Below, piece after piece: positions 1 to 9,478 of a stretch of 64,000 nucleotides of DNA. The notes beneath the pieces were generated by a model, which was not told the origin of the DNA, made no database searches, and saw nothing but the letters and a program-made list of their open reading frames with translations. The stretch's first letter is position 1, and each line of letters opens with the position of its first letter. The stretch lies in assembly GCA_965248355.1 (NCBI GenBank), contig OZ252098.1:1312001-1376000 (forward strand). Reading direction: 5' to 3'. Source of the stretch: Candidatus Latescibacterota bacterium (GTDB taxonomy: Bacteria > Latescibacterota > UBA2968 > UBA8231). Made by a program: the position numbers and the translations under genes.

Positions 1-509
1 GCGGTCGTGCGGTCCACGATCTCCTCGATGATCATGGCCATGGCCGCCTCCACGGCCTGGTTCCGTCCCTCGTCGTCCTCGTCGGGCAGCCCCGCGTCGT
101 AGGTCCCCCAGCCCACGAGGGACTCGATCTCGAGCAACTCGCTGCCGTCGGAGGAGCGCTCCAGGAGGGCGGCGGCGAAGAGCCGGAAGCGGTACTGCTC
201 CGTCACCTCGGCGAAGGTGTGGTACTCGTCCTCGAGCCGGTCGAGGCGCAGCAGAAGCTGGGCGTCGGCCGACTCCTCGTCGACCACCCGCAGGCGCCCG
301 TCCTGGAGGAAGGCCTCGGTGATCTGGTCCGTCAGCCGCTGAGCGATGTCGACTTCCGGAGTCCCGTTCTCGGCGGTGGGGATGGCGACGGTGCGGATGC
401 CGCCCACGAGCCCGGCGCTCGTGGAGTAGTGGGAGCAGGCTCCGAGCAGGAGGCCGAGCAGGCAGACCGCGCGTCCCAGGCCCGGTGAGCCTCCCTCAGC
501 CGGGCGCAT
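1..509 (-). CDS. LptE-family (LPS assembly) lipoprotein, runs off the left edge
   Basis: Manual minus-strand translation from ATG at 509: MRPAEGGSPGLGRAVCLLGLLLGAC-SHYSTSAGLVGGIRTVAIPTAENGTPEVDIAQRLTDQITEAFLQDGRLRVVDEESADA. It has a lipobox (LGAC) and a pattern typical of FCB-type LptE. Not in the ORF track because it has no stop inside the window. Confidence 0.7.
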   Translation of the reverse strand, partial: MRPAEGGSPGLGRAVCLLGLLLGACSHYSTSAGLVGGIRTVAIPTAENGTPEVDIAQRLTDQITEAFLQDGRLRVVDEESADAQLLLRLDRLEDEYHTFAEVTEQYRFRLFAAALLERSSDGSELLEIESLVGWGTYDAGLPDEDDEGRNQAVEAAMAMIIEEIVDRTT

Positions 510-1035
510 CCGGTTCGGCGGTCGAGCCGCTCCCGGTCTGGCCGGTGGACTCGTAGGTCTCCGAGGGCAGATCGGGGACCACCTTCGGCGCCGCGGCGTC
601 CATCTCGGCGAGCCCCTCCAGGGAGATGGCGCGGGCCGTGTCGCCCACGCCGATGGGCTGGGCCCGGGGGCGGCCCGACAGGTCGGAGGGCCGTACGGCC
701 AGGCGTTCCCGCTCGCTGGCGTGATCCCCGTACAGGCCGAAGGAGTGCCGCACCATCATCGCGCTCAGGGTGGCCGTCGCTCCGGGCCCCTCCTCGGAGA
801 GGGGGGACCGCGCCGTGGCCATGCGTTCCTGCACGTGTGTGACGACTACGCGTCCCTTCACCGATTCCCACCGCCCGAGGCTCTCCCCGGAGTCGGGATC
901 CCGGATGTCGTGGTGCTCGGCGACGACGGCGAACAGCATGCCTTCGTGGACACCGTCGCGGCTGCCGAGGTTGAGCACCAGGGTCGTGTCGTCGACGATG
1001 GCGGCCACCTTGCCGGTGATCGGCTCGCTCATCAC
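496..1035 (-). CDS. Hypothetical protein with a FlgT C-terminal-like beta domain
   Basis: Pattern 'LVLNLGSRDGVHEGMLFAV...DIRDPDSGESLG...KGRVVVTHVQE' resembles FlgT_C-like domains. Overlaps the start of the lptE-like gene. Confidence 0.5.
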   Translation of the reverse strand: MMSEPITGKVAAIVDDTTLVLNLGSRDGVHEGMLFAVVAEHHDIRDPDSGESLGRWESVKGRVVVTHVQERMATARSPLSEEGPGATATLSAMMVRHSFGLYGDHASERERLAVRPSDLSGRPRAQPIGVGDTARAISLEGLAEMDAAAPKVVPDLPSETYESTGQTGSGSTAEPDAPG

Positions 1036-1134
1036 AGCTTCTCCTGCCTGGCGTGGGTACTGCTGAAACCGCTGTAGAAGATAGAGGACCCGCCCCGAAG
1101 CGGCAGGCCATGAGATGGGGATGTCCCGAAGGAG

Positions 1135-2211
1135 TCAGTCCTGGCGCAGGGCGATGGATCCCGTGGGCCGGTCGTCGGGTCTCCAGCGGACGAGGAAGTC
1201 CTCCGGGTCCCTGTAGCCATTGAGCCCGCCGCGGCTCCGGACCTGGTAACGCACGGCGTAGTGGAGGTGGGGTCCGGTGGAACGGCCGGTGCTGCCCATC
1301 GTTCCGATCGTGTCCCCCCGCGCCACTCGTTGGCCCTTGCGGACCAGGATCTCGTGCAGATGTCCGTACTCGGTGCGCAGAAGCCCCGGCCGCGAGGTCG
1401 CCACCCCGTCTTCGCCGATCCCCAGGGGATTGTGGTTGAGCACGACCACATTGCCAAGGAACCTGTGGGTGTAGGCGGAGGCCACCTGTCCAGCGGCGGT
1501 GGCCACGATGGGGTGGCCCCGGCTGCCTGCCAGATCGATGCCCAGGTGCCTGGACTTCAATCCGGTGAAGGGGTCGATGCGGGGTCCGAAGCCGGAAGAG
1601 ACCCAGACGCGCCGGGGATCGGCTACCGGCCAGATGGTGGGAACGTAGAGGAGGGTCTTCTTGTTGGCCTCGAGGGTGGCGATAAGGTTCTGGGAGCTCG
1701 CCAGCTGGTAGAGGGCCTCTCGCTGGAGGGCTTCGATGCGCTGGGTCAGATCCTGCAGCCGCTTCTGGGGGGGCCGGTCCGTGTACTTATCGGGCAGATC
1801 CTCCAGCTCCTCACGCCCGCCCACGCCCAAGGCCATGCCCTCGCTACGGACAGAGGGCCCTTCGTGGAAATCGCTCAGCCGCTGGTCCTGGTCGCCCAAC
1901 TGGCTCATGACCGCCTCGAGGTGGGACAGGTCGCGACGGGCCGAGTCGAGCCTGGCCTCGAGCAAGTCGGTCCCGCCTTGGAGGACCGCCAAGTCGCGCC
2001 CCTGGACCGCCAGGTCGCGCCCCTGATCGGCGCGGGTGTGGAAGTGGAGCGCGTAGTGCCCGAAGAGGGCGGCCAGCAGGGCGCAAGCCAGTGCACCGCT
2101 CCACAGGATGCGGGTGGAGAGCCCGAACTCCCGGACCTGACCGTCGTTCTGGGGGATGACGATGAAGGTGATCCGTTTCCCGGGCATCCTTGAATTATAG
2201 GCCCATTTCAC
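1135..2211 (-). CDS. M23 family metallopeptidase (murein hydrolase / NlpD-like)
   Basis: N-terminal TM segment and coiled coil, then SSGFGPRIDPFTG, HLGIDLAG, YGHL and GSTGRSTGPHLHY zinc motifs. Confidence 0.92.
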   Translation of the reverse strand: MKWAYNSRMPGKRITFIVIPQNDGQVREFGLSTRILWSGALACALLAALFGHYALHFHTRADQGRDLAVQGRDLAVLQGGTDLLEARLDSARRDLSHLEAVMSQLGDQDQRLSDFHEGPSVRSEGMALGVGGREELEDLPDKYTDRPPQKRLQDLTQRIEALQREALYQLASSQNLIATLEANKKTLLYVPTIWPVADPRRVWVSSGFGPRIDPFTGLKSRHLGIDLAGSRGHPIVATAAGQVASAYTHRFLGNVVVLNHNPLGIGEDGVATSRPGLLRTEYGHLHEILVRKGQRVARGDTIGTMGSTGRSTGPHLHYAVRYQVRSRGGLNGYRDPEDFLVRWRPDDRPTGSIALRQD

Positions 2212-2341
2212 CGAATCGCCAACACCCCCCGGGCCCCGCCGATGGTTGCGGCCCCCATTCGTGATTCGTAACTTCTTTTGTTTCTATGTCGAGAATTCAG
2301 GCGTACTTAGACCCCATTCCGCTTCCGCTCCGGAGTCTGCG

Positions 2342-4246
2342 ATGATCCCCGGCCTGCGCCGCGTCGTCGCCTTGGCCATGTTCCCGGCAGCGGTGGCCAC
2401 AGGTGAGGCGGCCCTTGGGCCGACCATCCAGGACGAGCTGAAGAACTCCTTCTTCCCCATCGTCCGGTCCATCAACTCCTATTACATGTACGAGGTCTCC
2501 CCGGACACCCTCATGAGGGCCGCTCTGCGGGGGATCTTCCAGGCCCTCGACCCGTCCTCGGAGTTCGCCATCAGCGGCTCCGAGGAGGACTGGCAGAAGA
2601 ACTTCTCCACCTTCGAGCGGGCCGTACGCGTGGTCGACAAGAAGGCCTTCTACGCCGTGGGCCCCGACACGCTGATCCGCTTCGGGATCAAGGGCCTGAT
2701 GTCGGTCCTCGATCCGGACACGGTGTTCATGGAGAAGCTGAGCCTGGCCAACTTCCACATCAACACGCGCGGGGAGTACGGCGGGCTCGGCTTCCGCATC
2801 CAGGTCGTCCACCCCGACAGCGCCATCGCCGTATGGTCGCTGCTTCACGAGGATACGCCGGCGGCCCGGGCGGGCGTGAAGTCGGGGGACCTGATCGTCG
2901 CCATCGACGGCCAGTCGACGCGCACCATGGACGCCAGCCAGGCCGCCACCCTCATGCGCGGCACCGTGGACACCGACGTGACCCTGACCCTGCGCCGCGC
3001 CGGGGTGGAGGGCCCCTTCGACATCACCGTCACGCGTGAGGTCGTGCACATCAACTCCGTGCCCTGCCACGTGATGTTTCCCGACTCCACGGGCTACATC
3101 AAGCTCACCGGCTTCCAGCACAAGTCCAGCCAGGAGGTGCGCGCGGCCCTGGCCGACCTGCTCGACCAGGGCATGCAGCGGCTGATCTTCGACCTGCGCA
3201 GCAACGGCGGCGGCTACCTGACCGAGGCGGTGCAGGTGGCCGACCTGTTCCTGCCGCCCAACCGCCTCGTGGTCTACACCGCCGGCCGCGCCTTCCAGGA
3301 TACGACGAGGTACGTCACCACCGAGGAGGCCATGTTCGGCGAGGGCCCCCTCATGATCCTCGTCGACGGCGCCTCGGCGAGCGCCTCCGAGATCGTCTCC
3401 GGTGCCATTCAGGACTGGGACCGGGGCCTCGTCCTGGGAACCCCGACGGTCGGCAAGGGATCGGTTCAGCAGCCGGTTGGCATCGGCGAGCACGCCGAGC
3501 TCAAGCTGACCATGGCCGCCTACTTCATCCCCAGCGGCCGCTCCATCGACAAGCGCATGCGCAAGGACTCCACGCTCGTGGCCATGGCCGACGGGGAGTA
3601 CCGCACCTTGACCCTCGGGCGGCAGGTGCGGGGCGCCGGCGGCATCACCCCCGACATCGAGATGGAGCGGCGGCGGTCTTCCCGGCTGTACGCGCAGCTC
3701 TCCGGCTGGGGACGGAGGGGCACCCCGTTCTTCAACAACAGCCGGTTCTTCCGTTTCGCCCGGCAATACCCCGTTCAGCATCCGGAGCTCGCCCCCGACT
3801 TCGTGGCCGACGAGGGCACCATCGAGGCTTTCCGGGCCTTCGTCAACGCCGACGGCTTTCAGTACATGAGCGACCTGGAGACGAAGCTCGGGCAGTTGCG
3901 CGAGGAGGTGGACGACGAGGGGGACCACGCCATGGAGGCCATGGACCCCTCTCTCAAGCAGGTCGAGGCGGAGATCGACCAGATCGAGGAATACCACTGG
4001 AGGGACAACGCCGAGCTGCTCACCTGGAAGCTGACCTTCGACATCCGTGAGAAGGCCTTCGGGATCGAGCAGGCCTACGCCTACGACGTCACCGTCGACC
4101 CGCAGATCCAGCGGGCCCGGGAGATCCTCGGATCCGAGGTCGAGTACCAGGCCTGGTTCAAACGACCGGAGATCGGAGGCGCGCCGGCCATCGCATCCGC
4201 CACCGATACCGCCGCCGTCGAGGCCGACGGGCTGGTGCGCCATTGA
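2342..4246 (+). CDS. S41 carboxyl-terminal processing protease (CtpA/Prc) with PDZ domain
   Basis: GEYGGLG, PDZ domain, DLRSNGGG, ASASEIV (catalytic Ser), GKGSVQ (catalytic Lys). Start placed at ATG 2342; the ORF is open from 2246. Confidence 0.92.
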   Translation: MIPGLRRVVALAMFPAAVATGEAALGPTIQDELKNSFFPIVRSINSYYMYEVSPDTLMRAALRGIFQALDPSSEFAISGSEEDWQKNFSTFERAVRVVDKKAFYAVGPDTLIRFGIKGLMSVLDPDTVFMEKLSLANFHINTRGEYGGLGFRIQVVHPDSAIAVWSLLHEDTPAARAGVKSGDLIVAIDGQSTRTMDASQAATLMRGTVDTDVTLTLRRAGVEGPFDITVTREVVHINSVPCHVMFPDSTGYIKLTGFQHKSSQEVRAALADLLDQGMQRLIFDLRSNGGGYLTEAVQVADLFLPPNRLVVYTAGRAFQDTTRYVTTEEAMFGEGPLMILVDGASASASEIVSGAIQDWDRGLVLGTPTVGKGSVQQPVGIGEHAELKLTMAAYFIPSGRSIDKRMRKDSTLVAMADGEYRTLTLGRQVRGAGGITPDIEMERRRSSRLYAQLSGWGRRGTPFFNNSRFFRFARQYPVQHPELAPDFVADEGTIEAFRAFVNADGFQYMSDLETKLGQLREEVDDEGDHAMEAMDPSLKQVEAEIDQIEEYHWRDNAELLTWKLTFDIREKAFGIEQAYAYDVTVDPQIQRAREILGSEVEYQAWFKRPEIGGAPAIASATDTAAVEADGLVRH

Positions 4247-4281
4247 GGGTTCGAAAAGGGAGGCCGGCGGGGACTGAGGGC

Positions 4282-5196
4282 ATGTCCGACTCAGGCAGCC
4301 GGCGCCGCCTGCCGGCCTGGTTGAAGGCGAAGGCGCCGGGCAGCCCGGGATACCTGAGGCTGAAGCGCCTGGTCAAGGGGCTGGACCTGAACACGGTCTG
4401 CGAGAGCGCCCACTGCCCCAACATCGGCGAGTGCTGGTCCGCCGGGACCGCCACCTTCATGATCCTCGGAGACGTGTGCACGCGCAGTTGCGGGTTCTGC
4501 GCCATCAGGACCGGCCGCCCCACCCACCTGGACGAGGAGGAGCCCGAACGGGTGGCCGAGGCGATTGCGCGGCTGCACCTGCGCCACGCCGTCATCACCT
4601 CCGTCAACCGGGACGAGCTCCCCGACGGCGGCGCGTCGATCTTCGCCCGCACCATCCGGGCGGTCCACGAGCGCTGCCGGCATACCACGGTGGAGGTGCT
4701 GATCCCCGACTTCCAGGGCAACTGGGAGGCCCTGGCCGAGGTCCTGGACGCCGGGCCCGAGATCCTGAACCACAACCTCGAGACCGTGCCGCGGCTCTAC
4801 CGCCGCATGCGGCCCCAGGCGCGCTACGAGCGCTCCCTGGAGCTGCTCGACCGCGCCCGGACCCTGGCGCCGGCGCCGACCAAGTCGGGCATGATGCTGG
4901 GCGCCGGCGAGACCCGGCAGGAGGTCGAGCGATCGATCGGGGACCTGGCCGCCGTGGGCTGCAGCATCCTGACCCTGGGTCAATACCTGTCGCCCTCGGC
5001 GCAACACGTGCCGGTCCACCGCTTCCTGCCTCCCGGGGAGTTCGAGGAACTCGGCGAGTTCGCGCGCGCCGTCGGCTTCGGCCACGTCGAGTCGGGCCCG
5101 CTGGTGCGCAGCTCCTACCACGCCGAGCGCCAGGTCGACGACCTGACCGCGGCCGGCGGGGACCCTTCCACCGCAATCGCGAGAGGAGGTTCATGA
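4282..5196 (+). CDS. lipA: Lipoyl synthase
   Basis: CESAHCPNIGECW and CTRSCGFC Fe-S motifs, NHNLETV, C-terminal VRSSYHA. Confidence 0.97.
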   Translation: MSDSGSRRRLPAWLKAKAPGSPGYLRLKRLVKGLDLNTVCESAHCPNIGECWSAGTATFMILGDVCTRSCGFCAIRTGRPTHLDEEEPERVAEAIARLHLRHAVITSVNRDELPDGGASIFARTIRAVHERCRHTTVEVLIPDFQGNWEALAEVLDAGPEILNHNLETVPRLYRRMRPQARYERSLELLDRARTLAPAPTKSGMMLGAGETRQEVERSIGDLAAVGCSILTLGQYLSPSAQHVPVHRFLPPGEFEELGEFARAVGFGHVESGPLVRSSYHAERQVDDLTAAGGDPSTAIARGGS

Positions 5197-6200
5197 ACCT
5201 CGACAAGGATTCCCTGGCGGGGTACCTGCAGCGGAAGAAGTTGATCGTCGAGGACGAGAGCGTCCTCGACGTGCGTCCGGTCGGGGACGGGCTCAAGAAC
5301 CGGGTATGGGTGGTGGTCACCTCCGAGCGGCGGCTGCTGGTCAAGCAAGCCCATTGGAGGGTGCAGATGAAGATGCGCTGGTGGACGGACCGCAGGCGGC
5401 TCTTCGCCGAGAAGCGCTGCATGGAGACACTGGCCAACATCCTGCCCCCCCACGTGATCCCCGAGCCCCTGCTGGAAGACCGCACGAACTTCGTTCTGGT
5501 CACCACGGCTCCGCCCCGCGATGCGGTGGTGTGGACCGAGGAGCTGGACCTGGGACGCATCGATCTGCAGGTCGCCTCCCAGGCCGGGAACCTGCTGGCC
5601 TCCGTGCACAGCCAGACGCGCGAAATGCCCGAGCTGAAAACGATGTTCGAGGAGACCAAAGCCTTCGAGCAGCTCCGCGTGGAGCCCCTCTACGAGTACG
5701 TGGCCGCCGCCTTCCCCGAGATCCGGAGCGCCGTCGAGTCGCAGGCCCGGGATCTGATGGAGACCCGGCTCTGCCTCGTCCTCGGGGATCTGCGGCCCTG
5801 CAACGTCCTCATCAACAAGGGCCAGCTCTATCTCGTCGACTTCGCCACCGCCCACTTCGGGCAGCCCTCCTTCGATCTGGCCTTCTATGCCGGCGACATG
5901 TGCCTGAAGGCGATGCTCAACCACCCGCAGAAGGCCGCCTACCTCGAGGCGATCAACGTGTTCTGGGGCGCCTACTTCAAAGCCGCCGAATACGAGGGGT
6001 CGGCGGAGGTCGGGAGATCGGCGGTCCGGCACTTCGGTTGCCTGCTGCTGGCCCAGGTCTGCGGCCGGCGGCCGGTCCATGAGGGCGACGAGGCCTTTCG
6101 AGACCTCGCCTTCCGCATCTCCCGGAACCTCCTGTCAACCGAGCAGGAAAAAACCGAGGACATCACCGAATCCATCAATCGAACGCTGATCGATGGATGA
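5193..6200 (+). CDS. APH/choline kinase-fold phosphotransferase, 5-methylthioribose kinase-like
   Basis: AGGAGG RBS and ATGA overlap with lipA. Motifs GDGLKNRVW, LVKQA, LGDLRPCNVL, VDFA and GQPSFDL. Confidence 0.7.
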   Translation: MNLDKDSLAGYLQRKKLIVEDESVLDVRPVGDGLKNRVWVVVTSERRLLVKQAHWRVQMKMRWWTDRRRLFAEKRCMETLANILPPHVIPEPLLEDRTNFVLVTTAPPRDAVVWTEELDLGRIDLQVASQAGNLLASVHSQTREMPELKTMFEETKAFEQLRVEPLYEYVAAAFPEIRSAVESQARDLMETRLCLVLGDLRPCNVLINKGQLYLVDFATAHFGQPSFDLAFYAGDMCLKAMLNHPQKAAYLEAINVFWGAYFKAAEYEGSAEVGRSAVRHFGCLLLAQVCGRRPVHEGDEAFRDLAFRISRNLLSTEQEKTEDITESINRTLIDG

Positions 6201-7738
6201 GGCACGCACCTGCCGCCATCCTGCTCGCCTTGTGGGGCTGCGCCCCCGGCCCCGCCCCCGAGCCCGGTGACCCCCGGTCCGGCGTGCCGGCGCCGGCGCG
6301 CGAGTTCCGCGCCGTATGGGTGGCCACCGTCGACAACATCGACTGGCCCTCCCGGCCAGGCCTGACCGCGGGGCGCCAACGGCTCGAGGCCCGAGCCATC
6401 CTGGACCGGAGCCGTCAGCTCGGGCTCAACGCCGTCATCCTCCAGGTCCGCCCTCACTGCGACGCCTTCTACGCGTCGTCCCTGGAGCCCTGGTCCTATT
6501 ACCTGAGCGGCCGCCAGGGAGAGCCGCCGAAACCCGCTTACGACCCCCTTGAATTCTGGGTGGAAGAGGCCCACGCCCGCGGACTCGAGCTGCACGCCTG
6601 GCTCAACCCCTACCGGGCCCAACACCCGAGGAACCTGGGGGGCCTCTCGCCGCAGTCCATCGCCAGCCGGCGGCCCGACCTCGTGCGCACCCTCGGCGAC
6701 AGCGGCTACCTGTGGCTCGATCCCGGCTCCGAGGAAGTGCGCGATTTCACCCTGTCCGTCTTTCTCGACGTGGCCCGGCGATACGACGTGGACGGCGTGC
6801 ACCTGGACGACTACTTCTACCCGTACCCCTCCTACAGCGACGGCGCCGATTTCCCGGACGAGCCCACGTGGCAGGCGTACCGGGAGGGAGGCGGCCGCCT
6901 CGAGCGGGAGGACTGGCGGCGGGAGAACGTCGACCGCTTCGTGGAGACCCTCCACGCCAGCCTGCGCAGCCTGTCGCGGCCGATCAAGCTCGGCATCAGC
7001 CCCTTCGGGATCTGGCGCCCGGGGCATCCGCCCTCGATCGACGCCGGGCTCGATCAGTACGGCAAGCTCTTCGCGGACCCCCGGCGCTGGCTGCACGAGG
7101 GCTGGCTCGACTACTGCGCCCCACAGCTCTACTGGCCCATCTCCAAGGTCTCCCAGAGCTTTCCGGTCCTGCTCGCCTGGTGGGCCCGCAACAACCCGCA
7201 CGGGCGCCACGTGTGGCCGGGCCTGTACACCTCCTCCGTGCGCTCACGCGGCTGGCCGGCGCGCGAGATCGTCGACCAGATCATGATCACCCGCGGCCTG
7301 CTGCAGCCGGTGCCCGGACACATCCACTTCAGCGCCCGGGCCGTTCTCGACTCCGCCCGCGTCGGGTCCGGCGGGGACCGGCTGACGGCGATCCTGGCCA
7401 AGGGTCCGTACCGGGGTCCGGCCCTGGCGCCGGCCACGCCCTGGCTGGACGACCTGCCTCCCGAGGGACCACGGGTGACGGCTCGCCTTCAGGACCGCGA
7501 TCTCCTGCTGGACTGGTCCCGGCCGGCCGGAGAACGGCCCTTCCTCTACGTGGTCTACACCAAGGGCCGCGACAGCGGATGGCGGCACACGATCGTGCCG
7601 GCCTCCCGGACGGAGCTGCGTCTGCCCCTCGGGGGGGCCGGGGGGAAGGGCGAGGTGGAGGCCGTGGCCGTCACCGCCGTGGACCGCATGGGCAACGAGA
7701 GCGATGTACGCGTGCACCCCCTCGAGAGTCTGCTCTGA
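6197..7738 (+). CDS. GHL10/YddW(DigH)-type glycoside hydrolase lipoprotein with C-terminal Fn3-like domain
   Basis: Lipobox LWGC, EFRAVWVATVDNIDWP, HAWLNPYRA, DGVHLDDYFYPY, PQLYW. Confidence 0.9.
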   Translation: MRHAPAAILLALWGCAPGPAPEPGDPRSGVPAPAREFRAVWVATVDNIDWPSRPGLTAGRQRLEARAILDRSRQLGLNAVILQVRPHCDAFYASSLEPWSYYLSGRQGEPPKPAYDPLEFWVEEAHARGLELHAWLNPYRAQHPRNLGGLSPQSIASRRPDLVRTLGDSGYLWLDPGSEEVRDFTLSVFLDVARRYDVDGVHLDDYFYPYPSYSDGADFPDEPTWQAYREGGGRLEREDWRRENVDRFVETLHASLRSLSRPIKLGISPFGIWRPGHPPSIDAGLDQYGKLFADPRRWLHEGWLDYCAPQLYWPISKVSQSFPVLLAWWARNNPHGRHVWPGLYTSSVRSRGWPAREIVDQIMITRGLLQPVPGHIHFSARAVLDSARVGSGGDRLTAILAKGPYRGPALAPATPWLDDLPPEGPRVTARLQDRDLLLDWSRPAGERPFLYVVYTKGRDSGWRHTIVPASRTELRLPLGGAGGKGEVEAVAVTAVDRMGNESDVRVHPLESLL

Positions 7739-7793
7739 CGGCGGGTACCGCCGTTGCCCCAGGCCCGGGCAACGGACATATTTCCAATCCATC

Positions 7794-8450
7794 ATGCCCG
7801 CCATCGCCGATATCGGAACTCGTGTGGAGCTGGTGCCCATGGACGGGCACTGTCACGACATCACCCTGGCCCTGTACCGCCAGCCCACCACGAGCGGCCC
7901 CGCCTTCCTGGTGCACACCTACAGCTCCCGCGGCGAGGCGGAGCGGCGCCTCGAGGATGTCCGTTCCCTCATGACGACCCTGGGCGACCTGCGGCCATCG
8001 GTGGAGGCGGCCGGCCTGCTGGCCTTTCCCTGCGGGGATGAGCACGGCCTGGCCGTCCGCCGCCTCTTCCTCGAGGCGTGCAAGATCGGCTCGCCCGACG
8101 ATGCGACCCCTCCTTCCCTGTCCACGGTGGACCGCAAGTCGGGCCTGACCATCGTCGCCGAGCCTCTGGGAGAGGGCCAGTACCGGGTGCGGGCGGTGGG
8201 AGAGGCCGACGAGGCCGAGCGCTCCCGCCGGGTCGGCGTGATCGTCAACGGCCTCCTGAAGCTGGGAGAGATGCGCCCCGTGGAAGGGGCCGGGAACTGC
8301 GTCGGCTTCGACTGCGGCCATCCCCACGACGAGCTCGTGGGTCTGCTCCTGGTGCGCGCGCCGAACGTGCGCGCCATCGTCCGCGAACAGCAAGCGCTGG
8401 CCGGCCGCGGTGTGCTGGCGGCGCCGAGCCAGCAGGGGAATCAGTCATGA
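7794..8450 (+). CDS. Conserved-looking hypothetical protein with two F-x-C-G-x-x-H repeats; first gene of the methyl-transfer operon
   Basis: Native GC3 codon bias, ATGA overlap with the next gene, internal repeat visible in the protein. Confidence 0.75.
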   Translation: MPAIADIGTRVELVPMDGHCHDITLALYRQPTTSGPAFLVHTYSSRGEAERRLEDVRSLMTTLGDLRPSVEAAGLLAFPCGDEHGLAVRRLFLEACKIGSPDDATPPSLSTVDRKSGLTIVAEPLGEGQYRVRAVGEADEAERSRRVGVIVNGLLKLGEMRPVEGAGNCVGFDCGHPHDELVGLLLVRAPNVRAIVREQQALAGRGVLAAPSQQGNQS

Positions 8451-9478
8451 CCACCTCCGCCATGAACGGCAGGCAACGGGTCCTCGCCGCCCTGCAGCGA
8501 CAGCCCGTGGACCGCACGCCGGTGTGCAATCCCACCTCGGTGGCGACGGTGGAGCTGATGGACCTGGTGGACGCGCCCTTCCCCGCCGCCAACCGCGAGC
8601 CCGAACTCATGGCCCGACTGGCGGCCACGGGCTACACCGAGCTCGGCTTCGACAGCATCATGCCCGTGTTCTCCATCATCCAGGAGTCCTCGGCCCTGGG
8701 CTGCAAGATCCAGTGGGAGCAGAAGGACAACTGGCCCACGGTGAAGATGCGGGAACCGATCTGGACCTCCGCCGACGACATCCGGATCCCTCCCGGCCTG
8801 CTCACGCACCCGGACACGAAGTGCGTCCTCGACGCCCTCACCCTGCTGCGCCGGGAGTACGGCGACGAGGCCGCCATCATCGGCAAGACCATGGGCCCCT
8901 GGTCTCTCGCCTACCACGGCCTCGGCGTCGAGCCCTTCCTGCTCATGTCCCTGGACGATCCGGACGAGACCAAGAGGATCCTCGACGTCCTGAAGGAGGT
9001 CACCGTCGACTTCGGCATCGCCCAGGTCGAGGCCGGCGCCGACGCCCTGACCCTGCCCGACCACGCCACCGGCGACCTCGTGAGCGGCTCGTACTACGAG
9101 CGCTACCTGCGGGATCTGCACATCGAGTTCGCCGAGCGCATCCCCTGCCCCATCATCCTGCACATCTGCGGCCGCACCGTGGACCGCATGGAGTTCATCG
9201 CCCAGACCGGGATGGCCGCCTTCCACTACGACTCGAAGAACAAGCCCCGGGAGTCGAGGGAGATCGTGGGCGAGCGCATCAGTCTCGTGGGCAACATCAA
9301 CAACCCCGAGACCCTCTTCGCCCGGCAGCCCGAAGACGTGGCCGCCGAGGTGGTGAGAAACCTGGAGGCCGGGGTGCAGCTCGTCGGCCCGGAGTGCGCC
9401 ATCCCCCTGCAGACCTCCATCGAGAACCTGCGCGCCATCCCCGAGGCCGTACGCAAGTGGCACCTGCAGGCGAACTGA
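8447..9478 (+). CDS. MtaA/CmuA-family methylcobamide methyltransferase (URO-D superfamily)
   Basis: RQRVLAALQRQPVDRTPV start, ESSALGC, GPWSLA, AQVEAGAD, and zinc motif ILHICG...GPECAIP (H-x-C...C). Confidence 0.88.
   Translation: MTTSAMNGRQRVLAALQRQPVDRTPVCNPTSVATVELMDLVDAPFPAANREPELMARLAATGYTELGFDSIMPVFSIIQESSALGCKIQWEQKDNWPTVKMREPIWTSADDIRIPPGLLTHPDTKCVLDALTLLRREYGDEAAIIGKTMGPWSLAYHGLGVEPFLLMSLDDPDETKRILDVLKEVTVDFGIAQVEAGADALTLPDHATGDLVSGSYYERYLRDLHIEFAERIPCPIILHICGRTVDRMEFIAQTGMAAFHYDSKNKPRESREIVGERISLVGNINNPETLFARQPEDVAAEVVRNLEAGVQLVGPECAIPLQTSIENLRAIPEAVRKWHLQAN

Noticed and set aside
8447..9478. Annotation as uroporphyrinogen decarboxylase (hemE)
   Set aside because: Lacks the HemE RQAGR motif, has the HxC...C zinc site, and sits next to corrinoid genes.
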